Source: a virus (Duplodnaviria > Heunggongvirae > Uroviricota > Caudoviricetes). From it: a stretch of DNA of 64,000 bases. How positions within the stretch are numbered: position 1 is the stretch's first letter; every line of letters starts with the position of its first letter. The stretch is taken from the IMG/VR virus record IMGVR_UViG_3300038393_001148; one strand, 5' to 3'. Positions 19,840 to 26,707 of the stretch are shown here, one piece after another. The notes under the pieces are model-generated. The model was not told the origin of the DNA. It worked only from the letters and a program-made list of their open reading frames with translations, and did not search any database. A program made the position numbers and the translations under genes.

Positions 19840-19921
19840 GCGCCCTTGGTGGAATTGGCAGACACGTCAGGTTTAGGTCCTGATGCCGCGAGGTGTGAAG
19901 GTTCGAGTCCTTCAGGGCGTA
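19840..19921 (+). tRNA. tRNA-Leu(TAG)
   Basis: Cloverleaf, loop TTTAGGT. Confidence 0.92.
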
Positions 19922-19923
19922 CT

Positions 19924-20099
19924 AGGTCAAGGACGGTTAAATTCCGCCCAGCAGCATGCGCTGGGATAAGAAGTGACTACCTTAGTTCTCTACTGACAAC
20001 GTTTGCTACGTCTAGGAATATGCGTTAGGGCCAGAGGGTTAGGCAAGCCCGCCCGTTAACGTGAGAGCAGAGAAACAGAGCTTCCCATATACTTGACCT
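19924..20099 (+). ncRNA. Unclassified structured RNA C (176 nt)
   Basis: Closing stem AGGTCAAG/CTTGACCT begins 2 nt after tRNA-Leu; hairpin CCCAGC/GCTGGG. Confidence 0.5.
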
Positions 20100-20106
20100 T
20101 ACTCTT

Positions 20107-20225
20107 GTCGTCCTGCCCAATACATGGGCCGGTGTGAAGCGCGACCGATGTAGTGGACCTGCGCGTAGGTATACATGCGCGCATAACAATTCTTACTAGG
20201 TCAAACAGGGCGTGGCAGTGACGAC
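20107..20225 (+). ncRNA. Unclassified structured RNA D (119 nt)
   Basis: Closing stem GTCGTC-CTGCC/GGCAG-T-GACGAC; internal GCCC/GGGC and GCGCG hairpins. Confidence 0.45.
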
Positions 20226-20472
20226 TGTTGGAGGCAACTCTACGGATAAGGGTGTCCCGTTGTTTAGCGATGATATCTGACCGGACCGGGCCACATTGGC
20301 ATATATAACCAATGTGGCATCTTCTGCTGATTAGAATTCAGCCGGGAAAGTTGAACTAGAGCCTAACTCCGATACATATCCCCCGAGGGTGCAGTTGCGC
20401 GGTATCCCTTTCGGCCCACCTCTTCTGTGGAACCCCCGTGCCACATAAAACAAAGACCGGGAAAGATTTATT

Positions 20473-20548
20473 GGGCGAATGGTGTTAATGGCTAACATGG
20501 GAGTCTCCAAAACTCTTGCTCTAGGTTCGAATCCTAGTTCGCCCGCCA
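20473..20548 (+). tRNA. tRNA-Trp(CCA)
   Basis: Cloverleaf, loop CTCCAAA; the only tRNA here with an encoded 3' CCA. Confidence 0.92.
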
Positions 20549-20622
20549 CGGGGAGTGGCGCAGTCTGGTAGCGCGCTTGCTTTGGGAGCAAGATGTCGCA
20601 GGTTCGAATCCTGTCTCCCCGA
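20549..20622 (+). tRNA. tRNA-Pro(TGG)
   Basis: Cloverleaf, loop TTTGGGA. Confidence 0.93.
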
Positions 20623-20624
20623 CT

Positions 20625-21008
20625 ATGAGTAACGTAATCAAGTACAAGGGAAATGATCGAGTTAAGGTCATAGTCGATATCGACCGATATCAGCTAGACG
20701 GAACGCTAGATAGCGTAGTCGGCTATCTTGCGGGTCTAGGCGTAGGCCTTGAGGATCCTACCCTCGATCTCTCTGTACACGAGGGACCCTACTACGATCC
20801 TATCGTAGTTGAGTTTACGCTGACGGGTTATCGTGAGCCAACTGAGGAAGAACTTACGGCTCACGAGAAGAAGAAGGTTCGTGACGCCGAAGCAGCCAAG
20901 AAGCGAGCAGAGAAGGAGAAGGCGGAACGTGTTGTAAAGCGTCAGAAGGACGCTGAGAAGGCACTCAAACTCGCCAGGAAGGAATTTCCGGAGCTATTCA
21001 AGGAATAG
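20625..21008 (+). CDS. Hypothetical protein with a basic coiled-coil tail
   Basis: ATG 2 nt after tRNA-Pro; no SD. Confidence 0.7.
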   Translation: MSNVIKYKGNDRVKVIVDIDRYQLDGTLDSVVGYLAGLGVGLEDPTLDLSVHEGPYYDPIVVEFTLTGYREPTEEELTAHEKKKVRDAEAAKKRAEKEKAERVVKRQKDAEKALKLARKEFPELFKE

Positions 21009-21017
21009 CTCCATTTA

Positions 21018-21090
<73 letters not shown>

Positions 21091-21116
21091 CTTGACGTGT
21101 GCGCCTGTAAGTCAAT

Positions 21117-21240
21117 ACATACAGGCATTGTCTAAACGTTACTGTTGGGCGGGAACCCAACAGAGCGGTCCCAAGGATGTAATTCCCTTGGAAGCGTGTT
21201 ACGTGACAAGAGGCGCACCTTGGAGGCGGTGCCTGTATGT
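21117..21240 (+). ncRNA. Unclassified structured RNA E (124 nt), related to RNA A
   Basis: 11-bp closing stem ACATACAGGCA/TGCCTGTATGT; hairpins CTGTTGGG/CCCAACAG and CCAAGG/CCTTGG. Confidence 0.6.
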
Positions 21241-21251
21241 CTCGTTCCCGA

Positions 21252-21323
21252 GCCCGGATAGCTGAGTGGTGTTAGCACCTGCCTTACAAGCAGGAGACGT
21301 AGGTTCGATTCCTACTCTGGGCA
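21252..21323 (+). tRNA. tRNA-Val(TAC)
   Basis: Cloverleaf, loop CTTACAA. Confidence 0.9.
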
Positions 21324-21324
21324 T

Positions 21325-21516
21325 ATGGCAAAGAAAAAGCAGGGATACGGAACCAAGTGCGATAAGTGCGAGGCCAAGCTCGGCGATGTCGAGATGAAGC
21401 GGGGCAAGCCGGTGCTGATTGATGGGAAACCGGTCAAGATCCCGATCTTCTCGTATGCCCGCGAAATCGGCGGAAAGTGCGAGACTCGCTGCCTCAAGCA
21501 CTTGACATCCAAGTGA
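21325..21516 (+). CDS. Small basic Cys-rich protein
   Basis: ATG 1 nt after tRNA-Val; CDKC...CETRC. Confidence 0.65.
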   Translation: MAKKKQGYGTKCDKCEAKLGDVEMKRGKPVLIDGKPVKIPIFSYAREIGGKCETRCLKHLTSK

Positions 21517-21535
21517 GCCTTGCTAGGCTACGCAT

Positions 21536-21757
21536 ATGAGTCATCCCGTGTTCATCTCTATCGGCCCCAAGAAGGTTGATACGGAGATCATCAAGAAGGC
21601 GATTAGCCTGAAGGAGAAGGATCTAGGTCGCCATCTCACTTCGACCGAGATTCTTCAGACGATGGGCGAGGTCTACGAGCCGGATGCGTCAAAGCGCACC
21701 TTCATCTCCTCCCGACCGCCCTCAAAGATGCCCAAGCTACACCTGCCGAGGTCTTAG
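21536..21757 (+). CDS. Hypothetical protein
   Basis: 73 aa ORF. Confidence 0.55.
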   Translation: MSHPVFISIGPKKVDTEIIKKAISLKEKDLGRHLTSTEILQTMGEVYEPDASKRTFISSRPPSKMPKLHLPRS

Positions 21758-22007
21758 TATGTGGAAAACTGTTTGGAATGTCATTTCGCTGCTCGCGTTC
21801 GCGCTGAGGTGGTGCGCGGACACGCTGGGCGAGGCCCAGTACTGGGCCTGGGAAAAGGCGGGCAGCCCTGGTGCCCAGGAATCATAACTCACTCTTCCGG
21901 ACCTACATGAGCCATCAGAAACGGGAGGATCTGTACACGTACTACAGATCATGGGGTCATAGTCGCCTCTTCTCCTGGTGGATGTCTCGCAGGTACGGAC
22001 AAGATTA

Positions 22008-22080
22008 GGGCCACTAACTCAGTTGGTAGAGTATTCGCTCGACACGCGAAAAGTCACTGGTTCGAGTCCAGTGTGGCCCA
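22008..22080 (+). tRNA. tRNA-Val(GAC), atypical C33
   Basis: Cloverleaf, loop TCGACAC. Confidence 0.8.
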
Positions 22081-22083
22081 CTA

Positions 22084-22186
22084 GGGAAGTCTATCTACAA
22101 CCGGTTGAACATATTCCTCCACTGGAAATAGTTACCGTGGTACGCCGCGAGGCGGTCAGACTGGAATCTGGCAGGTAGAACTTCCC
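22084..22186 (+). ncRNA. Structured RNA candidate (103 nt)
   Basis: Closing stem GGGAAGT/ACTTCCC, 3 nt after tRNA-Val. Confidence 0.45.
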
Positions 22187-22195
22187 AACCTTGTC

Positions 22196-22380
22196 ACAAT
22201 CACCATAACAAGCCCCAAAGGCGAGATGCATACTTTGTAAGGCCACATTGTGAGAGGCTAATGCAGACAAAGTATGCATCTCTGATCTTTGTACGGTCAA
22301 CATTAGTTGCGACGCTTCTTTGGAGCAAAGTTGTGTGTGGTGAGTACGCATAAGCGGTCAGGCGGGAACCTGGCGATTGT
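22196..22380 (+). ncRNA. Structured RNA candidate (185 nt)
   Basis: Closing stem ACAATCACCA/TGGCGATTGT (9 of 10 pairs); internal perfect 16-bp helix 22223-22238/22267-22282. Confidence 0.5.
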
Positions 22381-22387
22381 AGTACAT

Positions 22388-22935
22388 GGGGAGGACAGGC
22401 ATCGATTCGGTTCGACAACCTATCCACCTAGTTGTAGCGGTATGAGCACACCTACAGGCTCAAAGCCATAACTGGCGCTGATACTCATCAGTTCGCTCTC
22501 GCTGCCTAACCGGTAGCGAAAAAGCCGGGCCGCTGGAAGCCTGGGAACAGAACACCAGCGAGGTTAGAATCCTCCTGTGATCCGCAGAAGATCTAAGGTC
22601 CTCGACGCTGCCGCACTGGCGGCAGCGTAGGTGACTGAGCGCTCATAACGCTCGATTCGAATGGATAGCGACCAAGGTTTGGTGCCGACGCCTACTTTTA
22701 CCGGAGGGCCATCCTTGCAAGCAGAATTCTTCCGGTGTAGCCGGGAGTGGGTTGCTGAGACCTTAGGTAAATAGAATTCAGACAGTGCTAAGCGGACTCG
22801 CGATGTAAAGGCCCTTCCAGAAGGGAACGACCACCTCTCCGGCACGCACAGATAGCGAATTAGCACAGCAGTACAAGCTACTAGAAGACTAGAGATAGTG
22901 AACTGAAGACGAGGGTTCGAATCCCTCCCTCTCCA
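22388..22935 (+). ncRNA. ssrA: tmRNA, 548 nt, with an inserted domain
   Basis: Acceptor GGGGAGG/CCTCTCC-A with G3.U70, TPsiC arm, pk1, tag frame 22474-22509 (GADTHQFALAA*) after ATAACT. Confidence 0.93.
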
Positions 22936-22937
22936 CT

Positions 22938-23043
22938 TGGGATAGATGACACCGACTCCACGGTAGATAAGGGAGCACGGCTCTATGGCCGGTCAGGCAT
23001 TAGGTGATGCCGCACCTTTCGCAAACCCCGCCTCACTATCCCA
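22938..23043 (+). ncRNA. Structured RNA candidate (106 nt)
   Basis: Closing stem TGGGATAG/CTATCCCA, 2 nt after tmRNA. Confidence 0.5.
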
Positions 23044-23051
23044 TTCACTTG

Positions 23052-23267
23052 GAAGGACGGCCTGCGACACATTCTGTGGTTGAATTCCACAAGCGAAGTG
23101 TCGATACCCAGACCCGGCTTGAAAACCGGGAGCAAAGGCGGAAGACCCAGTGACAGAGCACCAGGCCTGCAACCTGGAGGTCGCCGGTTAGAGTCCGGCC
23201 GAGGGCTGGCCCTCGTAGCTCAGTGGTCCGTGACTAGCTGACTTTTATGCCCGACGAACGTCCTTCA
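23052..23267 (+). ncRNA. Structured RNA containing a circularly permuted tRNA-like domain
   Basis: Closing stem GAAGGACG/CGTCCTTC; order is D-3' strand, anticodon arm, T arm, acceptor hairpin, D-5' strand. Confidence 0.65.
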
Positions 23268-23283
23268 AATTTTGCCGCAGGAT

Positions 23284-23358
23284 GCCCGAATAGCTTCAAC
23301 TGGATAGAGCGCTTCCCTCGTAAGGAAGAGGTTATGGGTTCGAGTCCCATTTCGGGCT
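23284..23358 (+). tRNA. tRNA-Thr(CGT)
   Basis: Cloverleaf, loop CTCGTAA. Confidence 0.9.
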
Positions 23359-23373
23359 TACGCCCTACTGCTG

Positions 23374-23446
23374 GGCCCCATAGCTCAACGGTCAGAGCGC
23401 TTGTCTTATACGCAAGTGGTTCTAGGTTCGAATCCTAGTGGGGCTA
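23374..23446 (+). tRNA. tRNA-Ile(TAT)
   Basis: Cloverleaf, loop CTTATAC, acceptor GGCCCCA resembling Ile2. Confidence 0.85.
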
Positions 23447-23453
23447 CCTACTT

Positions 23454-23526
23454 GCCCTTATAGTGAAGATGGATATCACGAGTCCCTCCTAAGGACTAGT
23501 CACGGGTTCGAGTCCTGTTGAGGGCG
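23454..23526 (+). tRNA. tRNA-Arg(CCT)
   Basis: Cloverleaf, loop CTCCTAA. Confidence 0.9.
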
Positions 23527-23534
23527 CTAAATCT

Positions 23535-23902
23535 TAACGCAGCACGAATGGAAGCTAAGTTCCTCTTAGCAGGTGCAGGACTGCGAAGCATCGGACCTTG
23601 GAATCGATGTGGAGTCACTGTTTCTCAAAGTCTGGTTAGAATCCGGCTGCTTTGAAGGGAAGGTGAGTAGGCTCAAATACTCTCACTTTCCCGAAGGTGA
23701 TCTGTGACCATTAAAAGGTGAGCGGAATCCCAGATCGCATGCAATCTGTCCGCAAAGGAGTAGGGAGAGGTGAATAAAGGCGCTAGTAGGGTCGGTTTAC
23801 CGACTGCCGAACGGTCTTTACGACCCTGTAGTACTCGACCGAAACCCGGAATCCGAGCTAGGGAATTTGCTACTCCCTTGACTGACTCGGCGCGCTGCGT
23901 TA
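23535..23902 (+). ncRNA. Large unclassified structured RNA (368 nt)
   Basis: Closing stem TAACGCAGC/GCTGCGTTA; several long helices; T-loop-like hairpin; no convincing ORF. Confidence 0.6.
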
Positions 23903-23912
23903 CTCTTGCAAT

Positions 23913-24341
23913 ATGCTGCTACGACGCATTCATCGCAATGCGCTCTCGTGGGTCAACGAAGAGCGGGCCTTGGCTGGACTGGACCCGATAGGCGACTTCC
24001 CAACGGGATTTCGCGGGGGTGATGCCAACCCCATCACGAACGCCTTGGGATCTCATGAGCGCGAGGTCGCCCCGAAGTTAGACGAGGCCATAAAGGAAGC
24101 GGAGGCGGACCCGCTCGGAGCGGCGTTAGAGGCTGCGGTTATTCCTAGCCCCATGTCGGCCTTCTTTTGGTTTGCGCTCTTTACGGTTGGGTTCTATCCC
24201 AAGTACGACCAGGCCAAGATGTATGAGAGGCTTCCGCCAAAGCGCCGTGCCCTTGTAGCAAGGAGGCTGCGGAACCTACCAAGCGATGCGCGAGAGCGGT
24301 ATTACCGCGTAGAGCAAGTGGTAAAAATGCTGAAGGAATAA
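23913..24341 (+). CDS. Hypothetical protein
   Basis: 142 aa ORF ending at the 5' end of tRNA-Ser. Confidence 0.65.
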   Translation: MLLRRIHRNALSWVNEERALAGLDPIGDFPTGFRGGDANPITNALGSHEREVAPKLDEAIKEAEADPLGAALEAAVIPSPMSAFFWFALFTVGFYPKYDQAKMYERLPPKRRALVARRLRNLPSDARERYYRVEQVVKMLKE

Positions 24342-24427
24342 GGAGAGGTGCCTGAGTGGTCGAAAGGGCTCGCCTGCTAAGCGAGTGTAGTTAATACCTA
24401 CCAGGGGTTCGAATCCCCTTCTCTCCG
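24342..24427 (+). tRNA. tRNA-Ser(GCT)
   Basis: Cloverleaf, long V arm, loop CTGCTAA. Confidence 0.92.
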
Positions 24428-24428
24428 C

Positions 24429-24457
24429 TTGACACCTGAAACGAAGTACGATAGGCT
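24429..24457 (+). promoter_or_regulatory. SigA-like promoter, near-leaderless
   Basis: TTGACA-N17-TAGGCT, ATG 6 nt later. Confidence 0.7.
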
Positions 24458-24463
24458 GAAGAT

Positions 24464-24925
24464 ATGAAGCTCGGAGAAGCACTAACATTACGAAGCGACC
24501 TAGTGTCGCGCTTGGGTGAGGTACGCAACCGTATCTCTTCCAACGTCCTGGTCCAGGACCAGGAGCGGCCAGCGGAGGACCCGAACGCCCTCATCGAGGA
24601 GCACGGAAACCTCTGCGATGAGCTTGAGAGCTTGGTCACCAAGATCAACCTCACCAACTCCCAGACGCGCCTTCCCTCCGGGGAGACGCTGACGGAGGCC
24701 CTCGTCAAGCGAGACGTGTTCGCCCAGCGTCTCAACGGCCTGCGGCAGGCGGCGCAAGCTGCCGATGTCACCCACGCCCGTCGCTACTCCCTCTCGGAGA
24801 TCAAGATGGTTCCGACCATCAAGGTTGCCGATCTCAATGAGGAGATCGATGGCTTGGCGAAGCAGCGCCGTCAGCTTGACACGGCGATCCAGGCCCATAA
24901 CTGGACCACGGATCTAGTAGAGTAA
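24464..24925 (+). CDS. DIP1984 family protein
   Basis: MKLGEALTLRSDL...VQDQERPAEDP...TLTEALVKRD...RYSLSEIK...IQAHNWTTDL matches the family pattern as I recall it. Confidence 0.8.
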   Translation: MKLGEALTLRSDLVSRLGEVRNRISSNVLVQDQERPAEDPNALIEEHGNLCDELESLVTKINLTNSQTRLPSGETLTEALVKRDVFAQRLNGLRQAAQAADVTHARRYSLSEIKMVPTIKVADLNEEIDGLAKQRRQLDTAIQAHNWTTDLVE

Positions 24926-25158
24926 GTTAGTTGGTAGTCGTAAAGTAGCGAATGTCAGGGCTGACTATGCGCCTTAAGCTAGTCCCATCGGAGACCCGAA
25001 ATCTCGCCTCCCCGCTGCGCGAAGGGAATAAGTTACCGTTCCGCGCCAACCGGGTACAGATGATCGTCACCGTTCATAAGTTACTACCAGACATTGAACT
25101 TTGCGATGAGGGATGGCATTACCCTGTAGGTAATGCCGGGTTCGGGGACTTAACTTAC
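24922..25158 (+). ncRNA. Structured RNA overlapping the DIP1984 stop codon (237 nt)
   Basis: Closing stem GTAAGTTA/TAACTTAC; TGGTAGT/ACTACCA; AATGTC/GACATT; 9-bp hairpin GGCATTACC/GGTAATGCC. Confidence 0.55.
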
Positions 25159-25163
25159 AACGA

Positions 25164-25237
25164 CGCGGGATAGTGGAAGCATGGCGCCACGCTAGCCTCA
25201 TAAGCTAGAGATCTGGGTTCGAATCCCGGTCCCGCTA
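25164..25237 (+). tRNA. tRNA-Met(CAT), initiator-like acceptor
   Basis: Cloverleaf, loop CTCATAA, C1:U72 mismatch, no 3GC anticodon stem. Confidence 0.85.
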
Positions 25238-25238
25238 C

Positions 25239-25311
25239 GCCTTCTTAACTCAATTGGCAGAGTAACTGACTCTTAATCAGGAGGTTCTGGGTTCGAGTCC
25301 CAGAGAAGGCA
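25239..25311 (+). tRNA. tRNA-Lys(CTT)
   Basis: Cloverleaf, loop CTCTTAA. Confidence 0.9.
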
Positions 25312-25313
25312 CT

Positions 25314-25485
25314 TAGACGGTACGAAAGAGTTGCCCGTTACAAAACGGCTGGAAACAACGGGACATCCAACCTCAGAGCGGTTAGAATCCGCCATTCTAG
25401 GGCTTAGCGGCCCTACGTGCCTTAGCGGGCATAAGAATAAGGGAAATCGAGAGGTGCGAGCCGAAACACCCTCGCGCACCGTCTA
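25314..25485 (+). ncRNA. Structured RNA candidate (172 nt)
   Basis: Closing stem TAGACGGT/ACCGTCTA, 2 nt after tRNA-Lys; GCGG-TTAGAAT-CCGC and TAGGGC/GCCCTA hairpins. Confidence 0.55.
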
Positions 25486-25549
25486 TCTATAATAACTTCG
25501 GAGCCGAGATCGAAGCGGCCAACTCTGACCCGGAGTCTAAATGGGTAAT

Positions 25550-25623
25550 GGGTGATTAGCTCAGTTGGTGAGAGCGCTCGTCTGATAAGCGAGAGGTCCC
25601 TGGTTCAAGTCCAGGATTGCCCA
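25550..25623 (+). tRNA. tRNA-Ile(GAT)
   Basis: Cloverleaf, loop CTGATAA. Confidence 0.93.
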
Positions 25624-25625
25624 CT

Positions 25626-25720
25626 AGAGGACCGGTCGATGGATAAGTTCGAACTATTCCATCCCTCAGACACAAGCGGCCATGCTGTTGTCTGCGTATG
25701 AACTGGCGACCGCATCCTCT
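25626..25720 (+). ncRNA. Structured RNA candidate (95 nt)
   Basis: AGAGGA-CGGTCG/CGACCG-TCCTCT closing helix, 2 nt after tRNA-Ile; two internal hairpins. Confidence 0.5.
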
Positions 25721-25728
25721 TAATCTAC

Positions 25729-25901
25729 TGATCCCATGGGTCAGCCTGTTCTCGCCAGGGAAATTGCCTACAACTGTGTGGCGATATGTTTGTAGGAAGC
25801 CGCCCTCCCACGCCAGGGGCCAGAATAGCGGCAGCGAGAAACTTAACTCACCAAGCCCAACCTCTATTGGTAAGAATAGAGTAGTATCCCTTACCGGATC
25901 A
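25729..25901 (+). ncRNA. Structured RNA candidate (173 nt)
   Basis: TGATCC/GGATCA ends; TTCTCGC/GCGAGAA internal helix. Confidence 0.4.
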
Positions 25902-25966
25902 ATGCGAAAATCCTCCATGTTGGCATGGTCGCGGGAGCAAGGATTGGAATCCGAGGCTCCCACCAA

Positions 25967-26038
25967 TGGTGGGTGCTCGATAGGCAAGAGAACGGACTGT
26001 TAATCCGCTGCATGTGGGTTCGAATCCCACCCCACCAG
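25967..26038 (+). tRNA. tRNA-Asn(GTT)
   Basis: Cloverleaf with short D stem, loop CTGTTAA. Confidence 0.8.
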
Positions 26039-26046
26039 CTAATGGT

Positions 26047-26124
26047 TTCACAGTTGTCAGCACAGGTTGACTCCCTGTCAGGAGAAATTTGGCCCTCCGT
26101 CTGACTCAAAGACCTGACTGTGAA
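26047..26124 (+). ncRNA. Small structured RNA candidate (78 nt)
   Basis: TTCACAGT/ACTGTGAA closing stem. Confidence 0.35.
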
Positions 26125-26194
26125 CTTATCTCATAGATATTCGGTAATCTGACAAGGAGGTAGTGGTTAAGTTCGAACTGTAGCGAAGTAACTT

Positions 26195-26266
26195 GGCGGG
26201 GTGGCGGAATGGCTTACGCACGGGTCTGCAAAACCTGTTATACGGGTTCGATTCCCGTCCTCGCCT
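26195..26266 (+). tRNA. tRNA-Cys(GCA)
   Basis: Cloverleaf, loop CTGCAAA, U73. Confidence 0.9.
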
Positions 26267-26268
26267 CT

Positions 26269-26460
26269 ATGCAGTTGCTTACTATCGAAGAATTTCATGC
26301 ACTACCCGAAGGTACCGAGCTAATCTCAATTCTTGATGAGGTCAAGATCAAGGGCAGGGATTATATCGATCTTGACACCCGCGCCGGGTTGATAGCTTGG
26401 TATGTTCGAAAGCTACCTGAGCCTACGCTTGCGGACAGTGAATGGATCGATAATAGTTGA
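26269..26460 (+). CDS. Hypothetical protein (63 aa)
   Basis: ATG 2 nt after tRNA-Cys. Confidence 0.6.
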   Translation: MQLLTIEEFHALPEGTELISILDEVKIKGRDYIDLDTRAGLIAWYVRKLPEPTLADSEWIDNS

Positions 26461-26463
26461 CTT

Positions 26464-26550
26464 GGAGGGTTGGCAGAGTCCGGTTTAATGCAACGGTCTT
26501 GAAAACCGTCAGGTGTCACAGCCTCCTGGGTTCGAATCCCAGACCCTCCG
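26464..26550 (+). tRNA. tRNA-Ser(TGA)
   Basis: Cloverleaf, long V arm, loop CTTGAAA. Confidence 0.92.
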
Positions 26551-26553
26551 CTT

Positions 26554-26674
26554 GGGGCGAATGGTAAGGTAGCCCGTCAATTCGTGGCGTCCGGTGTCGT
26601 TCGAGCCGACGTTAAACATATGGATGCAAATAGGGTAGTTCCCGCCTACTTGGGTTCGAATCCCAAGCGCCCCA
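26554..26674 (+). ncRNA. tRNA-like RNA with an expanded anticodon arm (121 nt)
   Basis: GGGGCG/CGCCCC-A acceptor, TTGGG-TTCGAAT-CCCAA T arm, GCGTCC/GGATGC stem with a 29-nt loop. Confidence 0.55.
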
Positions 26675-26707
26675 TCTGCGGAGTCAAGGTTCCGTACCTT
26701 AATATGT

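Noticed and set aside
20020-20080. Pistol or twister ribozyme, suggested by TTAGGGCCA and CAAGCCCGC..GCAGAG
   Set aside because: The required pseudoknot partners (CCCTAA for pistol, T1 complement for twister) and P1 pairing are missing
26554-26674. tRNA-Sec, suggested by a possible 13-bp acceptor+T stack
   Set aside because: No UCA anticodon in a 7-nt loop and no Sec-type D arm
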